DNA of 64,000 nucleotides from Schizochytrium sp. TIO01 (lineage: Eukaryota; Protista; Bigyra: Labyrinthulomycetes): the NCBI GenBank assembly GCA_004764695.1, contig SMSO01000031.1:5308436-5372435 (forward strand), written 5' to 3'. This document shows positions 26,089-39,000 of the stretch, piece after piece (position 1 is the stretch's first letter; every line of letters begins with the position of its first letter). The notes beneath the pieces are model-generated. The model was given only the letters and a program-made list of their open reading frames with translations. It was not told the origin of the DNA and did no database searches. The position numbers were made by a program, and so were the translations under genes.

Positions 26089-28434
26089 AGGATCACGGTA
26101 GCTAGCTCAAGCTGCCAGACCTCGTCCTCCCGCCAGCCAAGCTTACGATCTCTTGCGTTTATTGGACTCCATCGCCACCTCCCTCGCTGCTCCACCTTCC
26201 TGATCGCGTGCTTTGCAGGAGACGGGCAAGCACGAGTGAGTGTACTTGCGGAGCGGGGGGTGTGCGCACCCCTTGTCGCGTAATGTTGGCGGCAGCGGCA
26301 TTGCGGGGAGATGGGGGCGAAGCAATGGCCAGGAGCGAGGCGGTCTATGGCGGAGCGCACAAGACCCGGGGTTGACACACCGGGAGAAGGACAGTCACCA
26401 AGTTGGCGCTCGATATCGACAGAAGGCCTCAAGCTAGACTCGGACCACGAGGATCAGCTTGGCCGATTGCGCGTAAACCACGAAAGTGCCTGTGATTTAG
26501 AAGATGAGCTGCAGGGCGGGGAAGGACGTGCAGAGATGAAGTGAGTGGGAAGCAGCATAGTGTAGCAGGCAGTGTGAAAGGTGAAGCGAGATTATCACCA
26601 TTGCAAATCATCAACATCAAAACCAGGGCAAAGTTTGGAGCAGGCAGCCGCGGTGCAAGTCTGGAGACAGACCCACTCTTGAATTTTTTGAGAATGATAA
26701 CTTCCTCGGGCTGAGTTTGTGCGAAGCTGCATGAATTTAGTGTGTGAAGCGTGAAAGAGCCCACTAGCACACGTGCCTGTGGAGTAGAGAAGTAGCATTA
26801 TCGTGATGGATGTTTTCAGGATTCGAAAGGGATAGCCGGGTCTCTCTTCCGTAAGAATGCCAAAAGAGCCGCAAACGAAACAGTCTGGCTGGTTGTGTGG
26901 TTGTGTGGTCCTTTACCTATATTTACTCTTCTTGCTATTCTTGACAGCGAGCCATTCTTCCACAGAGCCAGAGATGCAATATTCACCCTAGTTTAAGTAG
27001 ACTTGAGCGCTGCTATTGGCTTGTTTGATAGGCTTGTAGGTACCCGACCTGGTAGATGAAAGGAAAGAAAATACTGAAGACGATCTTCTTGCAAGAAGAT
27101 GGATCATTTGTATTGCCAGAGCGTGTGTGCAGGTAGGTAGTAAATACACATCCTTGCAAAGTTAAAACTTGAGATCTTAGATTCATAATTATACTATACT
27201 AGTCAACAAGCACGGTACGAATCACAGAATTGTAGCTTATTCTATAGAGACCGCCGCATCTGCGTGCACCGCTCGAGTGAGCGAGCGTGTGATGAGTATG
27301 TAAGTAGTAACTTGCAAGCACGCAAGTTACAATAAGAGGAACAAAACAGGCGACGTACTTCGAATTAGGAACGAGGTGGTTTTCTTTCTTTTTTGAGAAC
27401 ACATTCACGAAACAAATTAAAATAAAGAAACCAAATTAATGTCCAACTTCAAAATTAAAGTGGGTACTACCGTACTGCTTTGTCTTTAAATTATTAGCTC
27501 AGGTACGCACCCCGTTGGCAGTCGTTTCATCATTTTTCACGAAAATGGGTAGACCTGCCACGTACGGTACCTGCCTGTCCTAGCTAGCTGACCGGCTTGG
27601 TGGCTTGCAGTACCTCCTTGGCTTCTATTCTCTGTGTCTAGAGCACACTCTTACTATCCCTTGCAACTCGAAGCAGTCGCAATTCAGAGCCCAAGGCGTC
27701 TCCTCATCCTGAATGATATTAATTATCATCAACAACAGCAACTTCAACAACCATGCATGTTCTACTTGCTGACTTTTAAATTTTCCTTCTCGGAAGTATT
27801 TTTACACTCCTTATGTGGCACGTGCAATAGGGCTCCTTGGTCGCACGTGCACGTCGTGTATGATGTGTGTAGCAGCTTCATCAAGAGAAAGACTTTCAAT
27901 TTCCTTATTCTTCATAACAAATCGATTACCTACTCTTTAGCTTCCATCCTTTAGCGTGCACCTCTGCGCTGCAGTGTACGATACTGCACTGCCAGCACTT
28001 CGCCACAGCTTGCACAGTTCAACTTGGAAATGCAGGCAGCATCAACGACGCACAAGCAGTAAGTGCTATTGGTAATGCTTAGATAGTAGCTAAGCAGGCG
28101 CTAATAAGATTCGTAACAACACCTCTTTCACAAAATTTGTTTAAAACTTAGTACGTACGTAGAATTTTTATCTCTCATAGATATATTATTTTTTATTTTT
28201 ATTTTTTTATTTATTCATAAAATGAAATTAGAATAGCTCTTGATGCTATAGTTACAACTTGAAGTTTGCCTGCACGTCGCTGTTTTGCTCGAGTATAGTC
28301 AGAGGCAACTCATCTAAACTTTTTACTCACCTAAACTTTTTAGCATGGAGTAAAAGCCGGAGCCCAAACAATCACTCATTACTCGAGTATTTTACATTTA
28401 AAATTTCAGTTAAACTAGTGCACCTTAGTAGATG

Positions 28435-31146
28435 TCACTGTGAACTCAGCATGACCATAGATAAAACTTTGGAGCGAAGATCTTCAAGAATTTGATGAGG
28501 CATGGGCAACTCTTTGCATGTCGAATTTATCTCAAGATCTTTGTAAGTGCCCTGCACAGTGTCCAAGGGCATGCGAATGGACCCGCATTGAATTGATGCG
28601 TTGCCTGATGGTGTGTAATAGCGATTATTTTGCAAAACAAGCCGTGTTGTTTCATTTTCACAACCAGCTGCAAGTGTGCCAATTTTGTTGTCCTTGCCTC
28701 GTGCGAGGTAGCAGTCATTATTCGCAAAAACATGGGCGTGGCCTAGTTGAAATTTGTCCACATTAAAGCAATTCTGCCCGTCGTAAGGATAAACAACAAC
28801 AAAGTTTGCGCGAAATATTGAATCGTGGCCTCCGTAATCCATCTTGAGCCCTTCTGAGTTGAACATAGCGTTGCTCTCAATATGATAAAAAGAGCTCCCG
28901 TCATCATTGTCTACTGCTTGTGATGCCCCATAATTAGCAAATATCAGATTTGCAGAAATGCGCGTTGGCAAGGCGTCGAAACCGTGTTGTCCTGAAGCAT
29001 CCCAAAGCAATGGCATACGATCCCAACTATTGATTGCGCCATGATCACCTGACTCACGACATGTGTTAAAGATGAGGTTCCCATGTACAATATTGCCACC
29101 CCCGAATCCGTCGTTAAAGTTAATAGCCGCGCGAGGAAGATTGAAAAATACGTTGTCCTCTAGCCTCGTTCCACAGCTTTTCGCTTGAAACCATGCGCTG
29201 GACTGTTTTTCGTAAATACCAATCTCGCGAACCACGTTTCGTCGAACGATGCTTCCCCGAGGCTGCCGACCGTCGCGTCCATCCCATTCCTGAGTTATCC
29301 CCCATGAAGCCATTGCTGACTCCCCAAGCCATGCAAACTCGTTATCCTCCAACACCGCCCCACGCACATGACCATAGAGCATCACGCCGTTGCCATCGAG
29401 GCGCATAAAGTCACACTTAGAAATAAGAACCTGACTCACATCCTCCATGAGTACCGCCGCCCCTTTGTACAATGCCCAGTCTCCACCAGATGGAACACCG
29501 TACCGCTCGAGATATGTCATCTTCGTGTCTCGAAGAGATACTTGCGACAACGTGATATTTGTTGTGTTGCGCATGGTAATAAGTGACTGCAACTTTGGAA
29601 TTACTAACTCAAGTACTCCATCGCTATGGAAATTCTCTAATGTACTTGAATTTACAAGGAGTTTCAATTCGCGAGTGTGACGGTTAAAAAAATATTCACC
29701 AGGAGCGTCTAGCTCTTCAGCTACATTTTCAATGTACCATGTACCACTTATCAGCCGGGTATCCCCTTTACGGCACCACTTTGCAGCATAGCCGCACTCA
29801 TCACAAGCGCACCAGCTTCGTCCACCTTGAGACCCTCCACGGGAGAATCTTAATATATTTGCTGGCTGCTCATGCTTGCTCACACTCCACATGTTCGTAA
29901 ACCAGCTTTGTGAGTGCCATGCATGGATGACTGCTGGGCCAGCAGCGGCATCTACCCAACTTCGCATACGACGACCTTCAGTACTATTTTCATAGAGCTC
30001 TAGACCCACAGGCAGCTCAAGCTGTGCACGTCTAACACAGCGCCGGTCTACCTGAGCCCATCCACCGGCTGAAGCATTTCCACACCAATAAGAGGGCTGT
30101 TCCTCTAAATCCCACATTGAGCTGCACATGCCCCCTCGACCTGAGGTGTATTGGTTGTATTCTGGCATCGTGGAATCATTCTTGATGAATCCTGAAGGAT
30201 TCTTAGAGTCACTCAAATCCACAAACGTCGACTTTGGGGACTGAGAGGGCGTCGGCTTGATCCATTCCTTGACAGCCCCTGCCCTTATGCTCACATGTCC
30301 TGAAAGTGGGCTTGCATAACCCCATTGATCCCGTTCTGTATTTCCATTGGGCCAACGAGCACGTTGGAAACGAACGTGTGGATTTACCCCAAATAGGCTT
30401 TCAATTTCCTTGATATTCTCGTCGTCTACCTTGGTTGTAAGTAGTGTTGTCTTGGGTACGGGACCCTCTTGAAGTGAGCTATTGTTCAGGAAGAGGCGGA
30501 TTAATTTGCCGCCACTTAACCAAGCGCTTCCTCGTAGTGGTGCAGATATTGTAAGATTTGCGTCATTTGGACCAAGCTCAATTGTCTGATTTAAAAAATG
30601 TACTCCGGGAGACAATTCAATTTTCGTGCAGCAGCAAAGACTGTTTTTCTTTTCTCCCATCATCCTTGAACGATGTCTTCGAGATCCCGAGATAGCCTCA
30701 TGTACAGTCTTGTATGCTTGTTCAGGACCAACCTTTAGAATGAGACAATGTTGGTCATTCAGGGAAGCTTTTACTTGTCTTTGCTCTGAAAGCAGTCTTC
30801 TTGTCATCTTGAGCTCTACAATGCCCTTTGCATAAGCTTCGGAGGGACTGTCACTGCACCACTTTGATAATTCTAATGCTTCGTCTAGATCAACAGAATT
30901 TTGTGGCAAAACAGGCGCAAAAGCTTTTGCAATACTTCGTGCTCCACATTCCAAGTCCTTTGCAGAGACTTCATCAGAAAAAGCCCCATAACCCCAGAAA
31001 TGCGAAGTCCAAAATCTTAATTGAGCTCCTGTTACCTGGACCCCTGGAGCAGTGCCTTGTGTTGAATCTATCCCGCTCGTGAACGCAACAAAGTCCAAAA
31101 GGAGTACTAGAAGCAGAACTGACAAGATTTCCAGTACCAGCACCAT
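28435..31146 (-). CDS. Secreted right-handed parallel beta-helix (pectin-lyase-fold) protein, GH141-like putative glycan-degrading enzyme
   Basis: 903 aa with a hydrophobic signal peptide. Motifs include IELSPGVHFLNQTIELGPND, WLSGG, RARWPN, WYIENVAEELDAPGEYFFN, Asn-ladder beta-helix repeats, CRESGDHGAINSWDR and AVDNDDGSS. The fold is well supported; the substrate is not. Confidence 0.8.
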   Translation of the reverse strand: MVLVLEILSVLLLVLLLDFVAFTSGIDSTQGTAPGVQVTGAQLRFWTSHFWGYGAFSDEVSAKDLECGARSIAKAFAPVLPQNSVDLDEALELSKWCSDSPSEAYAKGIVELKMTRRLLSEQRQVKASLNDQHCLILKVGPEQAYKTVHEAISGSRRHRSRMMGEKKNSLCCCTKIELSPGVHFLNQTIELGPNDANLTISAPLRGSAWLSGGKLIRLFLNNSSLQEGPVPKTTLLTTKVDDENIKEIESLFGVNPHVRFQRARWPNGNTERDQWGYASPLSGHVSIRAGAVKEWIKPTPSQSPKSTFVDLSDSKNPSGFIKNDSTMPEYNQYTSGRGGMCSSMWDLEEQPSYWCGNASAGGWAQVDRRCVRRAQLELPVGLELYENSTEGRRMRSWVDAAAGPAVIHAWHSQSWFTNMWSVSKHEQPANILRFSRGGSQGGRSWCACDECGYAAKWCRKGDTRLISGTWYIENVAEELDAPGEYFFNRHTRELKLLVNSSTLENFHSDGVLELVIPKLQSLITMRNTTNITLSQVSLRDTKMTYLERYGVPSGGDWALYKGAAVLMEDVSQVLISKCDFMRLDGNGVMLYGHVRGAVLEDNEFAWLGESAMASWGITQEWDGRDGRQPRGSIVRRNVVREIGIYEKQSSAWFQAKSCGTRLEDNVFFNLPRAAINFNDGFGGGNIVHGNLIFNTCRESGDHGAINSWDRMPLLWDASGQHGFDALPTRISANLIFANYGASQAVDNDDGSSFYHIESNAMFNSEGLKMDYGGHDSIFRANFVVVYPYDGQNCFNVDKFQLGHAHVFANNDCYLARGKDNKIGTLAAGCENETTRLVLQNNRYYTPSGNASIQCGSIRMPLDTVQGTYKDLEINSTCKELPMPHQILEDLRSKVLSMVMLSSQ

Positions 31147-31616
31147 CTTCCTCTATCAGTGCGTTAGGCCTTTCTCACTAGAAACTTGCGCGCACAGAGT
31201 CACGATACGAAGTTGTCGGGCACACACGCAAGCCAAGATACATGCAAGAAGGACTGGCGTTTCTCCAGCACAGAGCAACGCCCAACCTTATTTTCAATCA
31301 CAAACGAATGGAAACAACTTGATAAGATATTTCTTGTTTGGGGTTCTAATTCTTGCGTCACACGCCTAAGGTATACTATAGCAGTACCCGTTAGGGTCCT
31401 CTCAGTATTCACAAGAAAGATTTGATGAATTAGTAATAGCACACAGCGTGAAGAAACAAACGCTGATAGGTCACAACAGAAACTCGTAGAGGTCATTAAA
31501 ACAAACATGCTAATTTAACAGGACAGGCTAATGAGTAAAGAGGTGGGAACATGCTCGAAAACGCAGGACTTTTGAAAGGTTAGCTTTCCTGGCACATCAA
31601 AGTTAATGTAAACATG

Positions 31617-33260
31617 CTAGATTGACAGGGCAGAGGAAGAAAACCATGAGGTCATAGCATCCGTCTGAAGCTCCTTGTCTCTACGTAGGGCTACAGCAGG
31701 GAGTAATATGCAGTCAGCAGGGATGTAACGAAATAGTTCTTCGAGAGTATCAAGATAAAAAAACTTGTCCCAAAACTTGGTCGAGACAAATGGCATTGCG
31801 GCCCAGAAATGGGCCTTGAGTTGCCACGTGGGATGAACAACATACATACGCCGCAGGTTCTTCTTATATTTGCGGCCAATGACATCCTCATAATTTGACT
31901 TGAACCAAGACAAACTCGGAAGATTCGCTGCCCCATCCGGGTGATCTAGAAAAACTACTACAAACCCTTTTGGGTGTCTTGAGAGCTTGTCGCATGTATG
32001 GGCAAAGTACATGAGCAGGCGGTCCTCTGGGATAGATGCACTGAGATTAGCAGCGGCAATCACCACGATGGGCCGACCAAGTGGATCCGTACCTCCACGG
32101 TAAATAATGTTATAGGCCACCATGTCCTTGAAATCCTGCTCTCCAGCGCGCTCCAGGAGACTAGAATACAATAAATTATCCACAAGGGTATCCACGCCAT
32201 ATACTACTTCCGTGTAAACTCTTGCAGGTGGGGTAGGGGGTGGTCCAGGGCGTCCTGCAGGCATATATTTGCCATTGACAGTAGTCATGGCCGACGGAAT
32301 CGAACTTGAAATGCGAATCCGGCGATCTTCCATCTCAATTTCACCCCATTCATTGCCTGTGTCCTGCGGGAGGTTTGCAGTTGCCCATAATTCTTCTGCC
32401 GCACTGCGAGGACAGTACATAGCCAGTGCTCGGGTAAAGTAATCATAGTCCTGCATACTTTCACCCAAATAGAGTACAACATGGTCAAAGTCTGCGGTGA
32501 AATGTTCAAGGAAGCGTCGGATTGTGCGAACAGCAATGTGAGCGCCCGTTTCACGAGGAAAACCATTTTCAGGCGTGAACAAAATTGGCAATGCAACGGA
32601 CCGTAAATTCTGCTCCTTACAAATCGAGAGGATGCTCTTATAGCAAGAATGCAGCGAGCTCTCAGCAGCAGTTTTGTATTGGTCTACGAACTTGGGTGCA
32701 ACTGTGTGAATAACATATGTCGCCGCCAAAAGGCACCCGGCAGTGATTTTCGCCTCGCCCACCTGACATCGCGATGGAATTTGGGAACATTCCTCAGGCA
32801 GCATTCGACCTGCGCGTGCCAAAATCTCGCCAGAAATCTCGCCAGACCAGTCGTCAAGCCTCGAATTACTCAAGTTCACCAAAGCATCGACACGAAGGTC
32901 TACGAAGACCCTTGGAGGTCCCTGCATAATCTTAAGGATCTCGTTGATTCGGTGATCCACGGAGAATCTCGAGCGAATTCCAGGCGCAGAAGAGGCCGAG
33001 TTTAGTCGAGGTGGACGAGGCGGCACTGGCGGAGGTATAGGGCGGTCTTCAGGCTCCGGATCAAAGCTTGTTGGCTTCGTTTCGTCGTCATCTTGGCCTG
33101 ATGCGTGAGTTATGGAGCCCAAGTTATCCTTCACAGCGCATCGGGACTTGGCATCTTCCTCTCCCGGAACTGCAGAAACCGACACGGGAGACCATCTCAC
33201 AGATCTCCAAGGCTTCACAGCCGCTGAGAGAATCTCAACACCCGATCCTGACGCGCTCAT
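31617..33260 (-). CDS. GDAP2: GDAP2-like protein (macro domain + CRAL-TRIO/BCH domain)
   Basis: Macro domain (VDALVNLSN, CQVGEAKITAGCLLAATYVIHTVAPKF, AAESSLHSCYKSIL, GAHIAVRTIRRFLEH) followed by a BCH/CRAL-TRIO domain (GTDPLGRPIVVI, RKYKKNLRRMYVVHPT, PFVSTKFWDK). Confidence 0.9.
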   Translation of the reverse strand: MSASGSGVEILSAAVKPWRSVRWSPVSVSAVPGEEDAKSRCAVKDNLGSITHASGQDDDETKPTSFDPEPEDRPIPPPVPPRPPRLNSASSAPGIRSRFSVDHRINEILKIMQGPPRVFVDLRVDALVNLSNSRLDDWSGEISGEILARAGRMLPEECSQIPSRCQVGEAKITAGCLLAATYVIHTVAPKFVDQYKTAAESSLHSCYKSILSICKEQNLRSVALPILFTPENGFPRETGAHIAVRTIRRFLEHFTADFDHVVLYLGESMQDYDYFTRALAMYCPRSAAEELWATANLPQDTGNEWGEIEMEDRRIRISSSIPSAMTTVNGKYMPAGRPGPPPTPPARVYTEVVYGVDTLVDNLLYSSLLERAGEQDFKDMVAYNIIYRGGTDPLGRPIVVIAAANLSASIPEDRLLMYFAHTCDKLSRHPKGFVVVFLDHPDGAANLPSLSWFKSNYEDVIGRKYKKNLRRMYVVHPTWQLKAHFWAAMPFVSTKFWDKFFYLDTLEELFRYIPADCILLPAVALRRDKELQTDAMTSWFSSSALSI

Positions 33261-34114
33261 TCACGCAGAACATACCACGACTGCCCAATTCCAGGTCGCC
33301 ACGAAAGCTTTAAAGCTGGGAAAGGAAACGAAGAAGCCGGGAAGACAGGAAGATCTGCGCAAGTAGAGTATAGGCGATCACAAGTGAACTAAAGGGTTGG
33401 CTAAAACTGGAGCAAATACACGCAAAGTGAAGTATATATCGAAGAAAAGTGCCATATAGAAGCTATGTGAGGACACCTAACAAGAGGTAGTAGGAGCTGA
33501 ATGAGCAGGCAATACCGGACTCGCAATAACATGGCCGAATGACGCGATCACTAAAACGCAGGAAAGGCCTAATGGAGGCACGAATGGGGCACAGTTAGCG
33601 ACCAAGGTCGAGGAACAGCTGACAATGGCTACACGTATTTAGACACCGTCGACAACTCTTGCGTGGCGATACCATGAGGAACTCTGTGGGAGAAATATAC
33701 TTAGCAATAGGTTGTTGGTCATTCTAGTAGTCAGGTATAGTGGAAAATATAGTACTGATGCCGTCGTGCTTTCTTCCTATGAAACTGATTGTACTATCGA
33801 ATAATCGCGATCACTCGGTCGATCAAACACTTCGTCGCTTGCACAAACCCCTTTCGTTCTCTGCTCTGCCTGGGTGCACGCAGAGTCAGTAGCTTCTCAA
33901 GCTTGCAAAGACCGATTGTCCTGAACACTGTGCAAAGACCGGTCCAATAAAACACGGAAACTAAGCGTCTCTGGGTGCTGCCGCGATTGACAAACACGCT
34001 TTGTTGTCAGAAACACGAATAGACAAGAGGATCAAGGCGTCGTGTGGGGACGTGCAGCTTAGACATACCTAATTGTGTAGCTGTGTATTCAGAGTTTTGA
34101 TAGAGGGATACACG

Positions 34115-34954
34115 ATGGACAGGTTTTTGCAGTCTTACTATGTTGTGAACACCCTTGCGATTCTCTCGTATTTGCCGGTAAGGCTGCTGGTGATCGAGGG
34201 CTCAACCTCTCTGGGCAACCCAAAGCCTGAAAACTATGTAGAAGTGCAAGACGAAGGTTTAATGCAGTTGGATGCTTATTTCGGTATGCCGCGTGAGTTC
34301 GAGATTCTCGTCACCCTCGTGCTGTACCTAGCTGTGCAGTACAAAAGGTCCAAATCTCTGGAGGCCTTCATGTCTACAGTAATCATCTATTCCAAGTTTG
34401 CTGTACTTCTCATGGCCTATTTTGCTGGCCGTACAGTCTTCATCTGGTATTTGATCTTCTTCGCTCTTATTACGCTATTGCTGCAGAGCCCGACCTTCCC
34501 ATGGAGTGAGAATGTCGAGGAAATGGACTTTGAGGAAATTAAAACCCTTGAGTACGAGTCCTCAAGCAACAAAACTGGAAAGGGCAAAAAGAAAAGCACT
34601 CTCGTCTTCTGCGGTGTTGAAGGCCATCGCAGCTGCGCAGAGTTCGTGCCGACATTCTCCAAGCTTGCAGAAAAGCACAGTTCTGAGTTCCTGACCTTTT
34701 CCAGACTTGATTTGGGTGATAACGAGGAAGCAGCAAAGACGCTGCGCATTGACACGGCCTTCGAATCTATTCAGCTTCCATCTATGATTCTTTACGAGGG
34801 TGGCAAGGAGCAACGTCGTTTGCCTCCCTTTGACACGGATGGCAATCCGGTCAATGCAACCTACGAAATTGAGGGTGTGGAAGCCTTCTTCTCTCTCACC
34901 GAAAGAAGCCTTGGTGTTGCTCCCAAGAACACTGAAAAGAAGAAGAGCAAGTAG
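34115..34954 (+). CDS. TMX2: Thioredoxin-related transmembrane protein 2-like
   Basis: N-terminal TM segments (YYVVN..., REFEIL, YSKFAVLLM) and a thioredoxin fold with one Cys (HRSCAEFVPTFSKLA; QLPSMILYEGGKEQRRLP). C-terminal dilysine ER signal KKKSK. First ATG is at 34115. Confidence 0.85.
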   Translation: MDRFLQSYYVVNTLAILSYLPVRLLVIEGSTSLGNPKPENYVEVQDEGLMQLDAYFGMPREFEILVTLVLYLAVQYKRSKSLEAFMSTVIIYSKFAVLLMAYFAGRTVFIWYLIFFALITLLLQSPTFPWSENVEEMDFEEIKTLEYESSSNKTGKGKKKSTLVFCGVEGHRSCAEFVPTFSKLAEKHSSEFLTFSRLDLGDNEEAAKTLRIDTAFESIQLPSMILYEGGKEQRRLPPFDTDGNPVNATYEIEGVEAFFSLTERSLGVAPKNTEKKKSK

Positions 34955-36083
34955 AAACAACTATGCGATTCCTTTTTACGGTGATTACCACAGGAAGCTG
35001 TGCAAGCCTGATGACAACCAAAAGAACTTCATAGGTGACTGTGACAAACAAGCAAACGTACCAAGGAAGACCACCGACGCCCTGCGTACATATGTCATGC
35101 AAGTGCATCTTCTTTAAGAATACTCGAAACGAGCCATATATCTCTGTGGCTTTTCTTTTCGTGAGACCTACTACCAAAAGGGTCACGTTTGCCTCCTTAT
35201 TGACTCCAGCTTGATTTTATTTTATTTTTTGAGATACAAAGAAAAGGTAAAACCATGAACACAAACGAACAAACTTTTTAGAATATAATAACAACGAGTA
35301 TGAATTCTAAGTATGATTTTTCTATGCATTCGATTGTAAATTTTCTACGTTCGCAATTCTCCTTCAAAAGATTACTCTCTGCTATCTGTGGAGAACCTAC
35401 TCCATTCTCTTATCAAGATTCTATTTCTTACCTACGGGCAGATCTGGAAGAGATGGACACTGTTAAGCAGTTTCGCCAAATCTCCCATATGAATACATCG
35501 TAGTTGCCAAGACGCAAGACCAAGTGTGGCAAACAGCAATTTTGTCCTTTGTGGAATCTTTTGAGAGACCATTCTGTTTCGCGTTTCCTTCTAATTGTAA
35601 CCTATACAGTCCTATGTAGAGTTAATAAATCAAAAACTAAACTGTTTTTGGAGGAGTAAAAACCTAGATGATTAAATGAATACCCCTATCATTAACTAAT
35701 CTCCAAAGCAAACCCGCTTTTTTCAAAGCAGCTTAAAGCACTAGCTGGACCAATGGCTTTCCATCTAGATCCGCGAATTTCCATCCATGCTGCGTACTTA
35801 ATTCTTTCGTACCCAGTTATTAATTCCGTTAAGAAGCTGACCTGGCGCTCACAGTCACGCATGAGTGTGTTCATGTATATAACAACGACTGTGTGTATTT
35901 AAATTATGATTGACACGTCCTAAAATAATAAAATACGTTTGCGGACAATGGCGCGGCGTGCAAGTCTGCAACTACTCCAAGTTATTTTTGGTTGCTTCAA
36001 AGCCCCAAAGTCAGAGCCAAGGACAGCCTTGCCGCGTCCTCGCAGCCCTGGACTTGACTTCTACAAGTTTGTTCCAGCATCTC

Positions 36084-39000
36084 ATGCGTTATGGATATGA
36101 AGAGAAAGGAGGTGCTTTGTGGCACGAGCCCAACTTGGGTCACTTAAGATCCGCGTGGTGTTTCTGTATCCCGTCACTCAGCCGCATATTAACCTTCCTG
36201 TCAGGGATTGTAGCTATTGTACTCCTGCACAGATTAAGTGGCAATGAAAACACAGAGAGGGCATCTTTCCCGTTTCCTGCTGTTGAAGATTTATCTATTC
36301 ACTTCGGTCATACATCATCGCAACTGCCAATGTTCTTAACAACCCCAAAGGAGAAGAACGATATCAAAGGAGCAGCGCTGTCTATGACATCTTCGACAGC
36401 GCCCCCAGGTGTTATCTTGATTTTGCTTCAAGATGCGGGCGCTAGTGATTTGGCCCCAGAAGGCAATGCGGCAATACCTATGAATCAAACTCCTCCAGAA
36501 TATCTGACAGGGTTTCGCGTGAGTAGCCCCGATACGCTCCCTTCTCAGATTGGATGGCTAACAGGAAGGCCTGCTGATGACTTTGATGTGTTCCAGTCTC
36601 CAGTACCTGGGCATAATCCCCAGGCATCTAAACTGACGGGCGCTGACACACTACTTTATCATCTGAAGAGCGAAAATGTTCGGGTTGGTCACTTTGGGAC
36701 GTGGTCGCTTCCGGTTTCTTTGAAAAATATCACGCACGCTCACCTCATCAGTAGTGACCCAATCCAAACCGTCCAGGCAGCGCAATCGTTTGTGCAGGAG
36801 TGTATCAGGGCAGGTAAGCAGTTTTATGCACAAGTTTGGTTGCCACAAGTTGACGTCGCTTTTGAGACGGCTCCCTGGGCACAAGAGCTTCTCAATAGTG
36901 TTCCTGGGGTCAAGGACAACTCTCCTCTTTGCCGCGATATCAGACGTAGATCTAACCATCCCCATCGATACATATCCTGCCCACGAATGATTCACGAAGC
37001 TAGTAAGATGAAGGAGCGAGAGCTGGTTGCAGGTCTTCTGCAAGCAGTATTTGACGCTCCTACGCGTATTCCATACTTTGCTGCTGTCTCAAGCACGAAT
37101 GGTCCAGAAGTAGCAGAGGTGTATGGCCATGCAGCCGGCATGACAACATTTCGAGGTAGGAAACGATCATTGTATGATGGAGGGATTCGTGTGCCATTTT
37201 TATATTGGTCAAACATACGAGGTCAAGCCTTACCCAACTTAAATCGGGATGAGCTCGTAGGAGCCGTTGATTGGGCCCCAACATGTACTGCTTTGCTTGG
37301 TACTAAGCAATTTCAACGTGGAGTAGGCGCTGACCAACGAGCGTTTCTGCTAGGAAACTACCCACAGGCGGCAAGACCCCAGCCACTAGTATGGGAGTGG
37401 AAGTTTCCTGTGATTGGCCATTGTCTCGAAGAGTCCCCTGCATATGCAATAATGCAAGATTATAGATATAAGCTTTTAGTTGAGCCAAATGAATTTGGGG
37501 ATATACAGTCGCCTCTGCGCGTAGAACTCTATCGAGTTCACGATGAGCTCACAAAGTCGGGCCATTACGAGCGAAGCAACATGGCTATTCTACCAGCACA
37601 TGCAGAGCGAATTCAAACGCTCATGGATGCATTGCAGAAATGGCATAAAAAAGAATACAGCGATTCCTCACCGCGCTCGTATACACATGCGGGTTGTGCT
37701 GAACGGCTCCAGCGCCCGTTCGTAGCTCGTGAAAAGGCTAACGCAGATAAGATTTTTAAAAAAGTAGCAACACAAAAGCCCGTACGAGGCATAATCGTAA
37801 TGCTGGCTGACGACCTTGGTTATGGTGATGTGGCTGCTTTTGACCCATCAAACGGTGCAACAAAAGACTGGCTTTCAGTAGATGGAAATGTATTTGAGCC
37901 TCACACCCCAGTGCTGGACCAGCTAGCTCGTGAGGGTTTAGTCCTTTCTGATTTCTACGCAAACGCTGCTGTTTGTTCACCAACAAGAGCTTCTATCCTC
38001 ACAGGGCGCTATCCATTCAATAAGCATGTTGCCATGCACTGGCAGGCAGCAACGTCTGCGGAACAGGGTTTGTATTTTGGGAATGTTCCGTACCTAGGCG
38101 CAGCAATGCAAAACTTTTCGCGTAATCTGCATTACATGAATACTGCTTTCCGGGATGCAGGATATGTGACTGGTCATTTTGGAAAATGGCATCTAGGCAA
38201 CTTGCCAGAGACAGAGCCTCATAGCTCACCTGCAGATCCTATGTATGGCATTGATGAAATGAAAATGTACTCGACAACCCACAAATCTTTGCCTCGTGAA
38301 AACCGATACAATCATAATGATTTGTATTTCTCTTCACACATACAGCACGATATCGTGTCAAGAGCCATTTCATTTTTGCAAGACCGTGTTGAGAAGAGTC
38401 AGAAGTTTCTTCTTCAACTGTGGTTTCAAAATACGCATGCCCCTCTCAACCTCGCTGCTGATGGAAGACAGGCACATTCTTTAGGTCTCGGTTTTCAAAA
38501 ACTCCCCTTTCCAGGTCGCGATATGGCCAACGAATGTCCTAATGAAAGCTTCCCAAACAAACTCGCTGATCCGCATCTCCCGTTGCAAATTTATCGCGCG
38601 CTCGTTCGAGATCATGATCAGCAAATTGGACGATTGTTGCAGTGGATCGATAAGCAAGGCTTACGTGATGATGTTTTGATTGTCTACCTCTCCGACAATG
38701 GTCCAGAAAACTCAGGAATGTACTTTGCAAGTCAGGGATCGGCAGGACCATTCCGTGGAGGTAAACGATCTCTGTACGAGGGAGGAGTGCGCGTGCCGAT
38801 GATCATGCGGGGTCCTGGTATTGCTCCAAACTCTGTTTTGTCAACTCCAACAAGTACAGTAGATCTTTTCCCCACATTTGTAGACTTTGCCCATATTGTC
38901 CTTAATGAAACAGTGCGTAGTGAGCTGGACGGTATGAATGTTTTTCATGCACCCATGAATCGTTCTCTATTCTTTGAGTTCCGCGGCTGGGCGCATGGTG

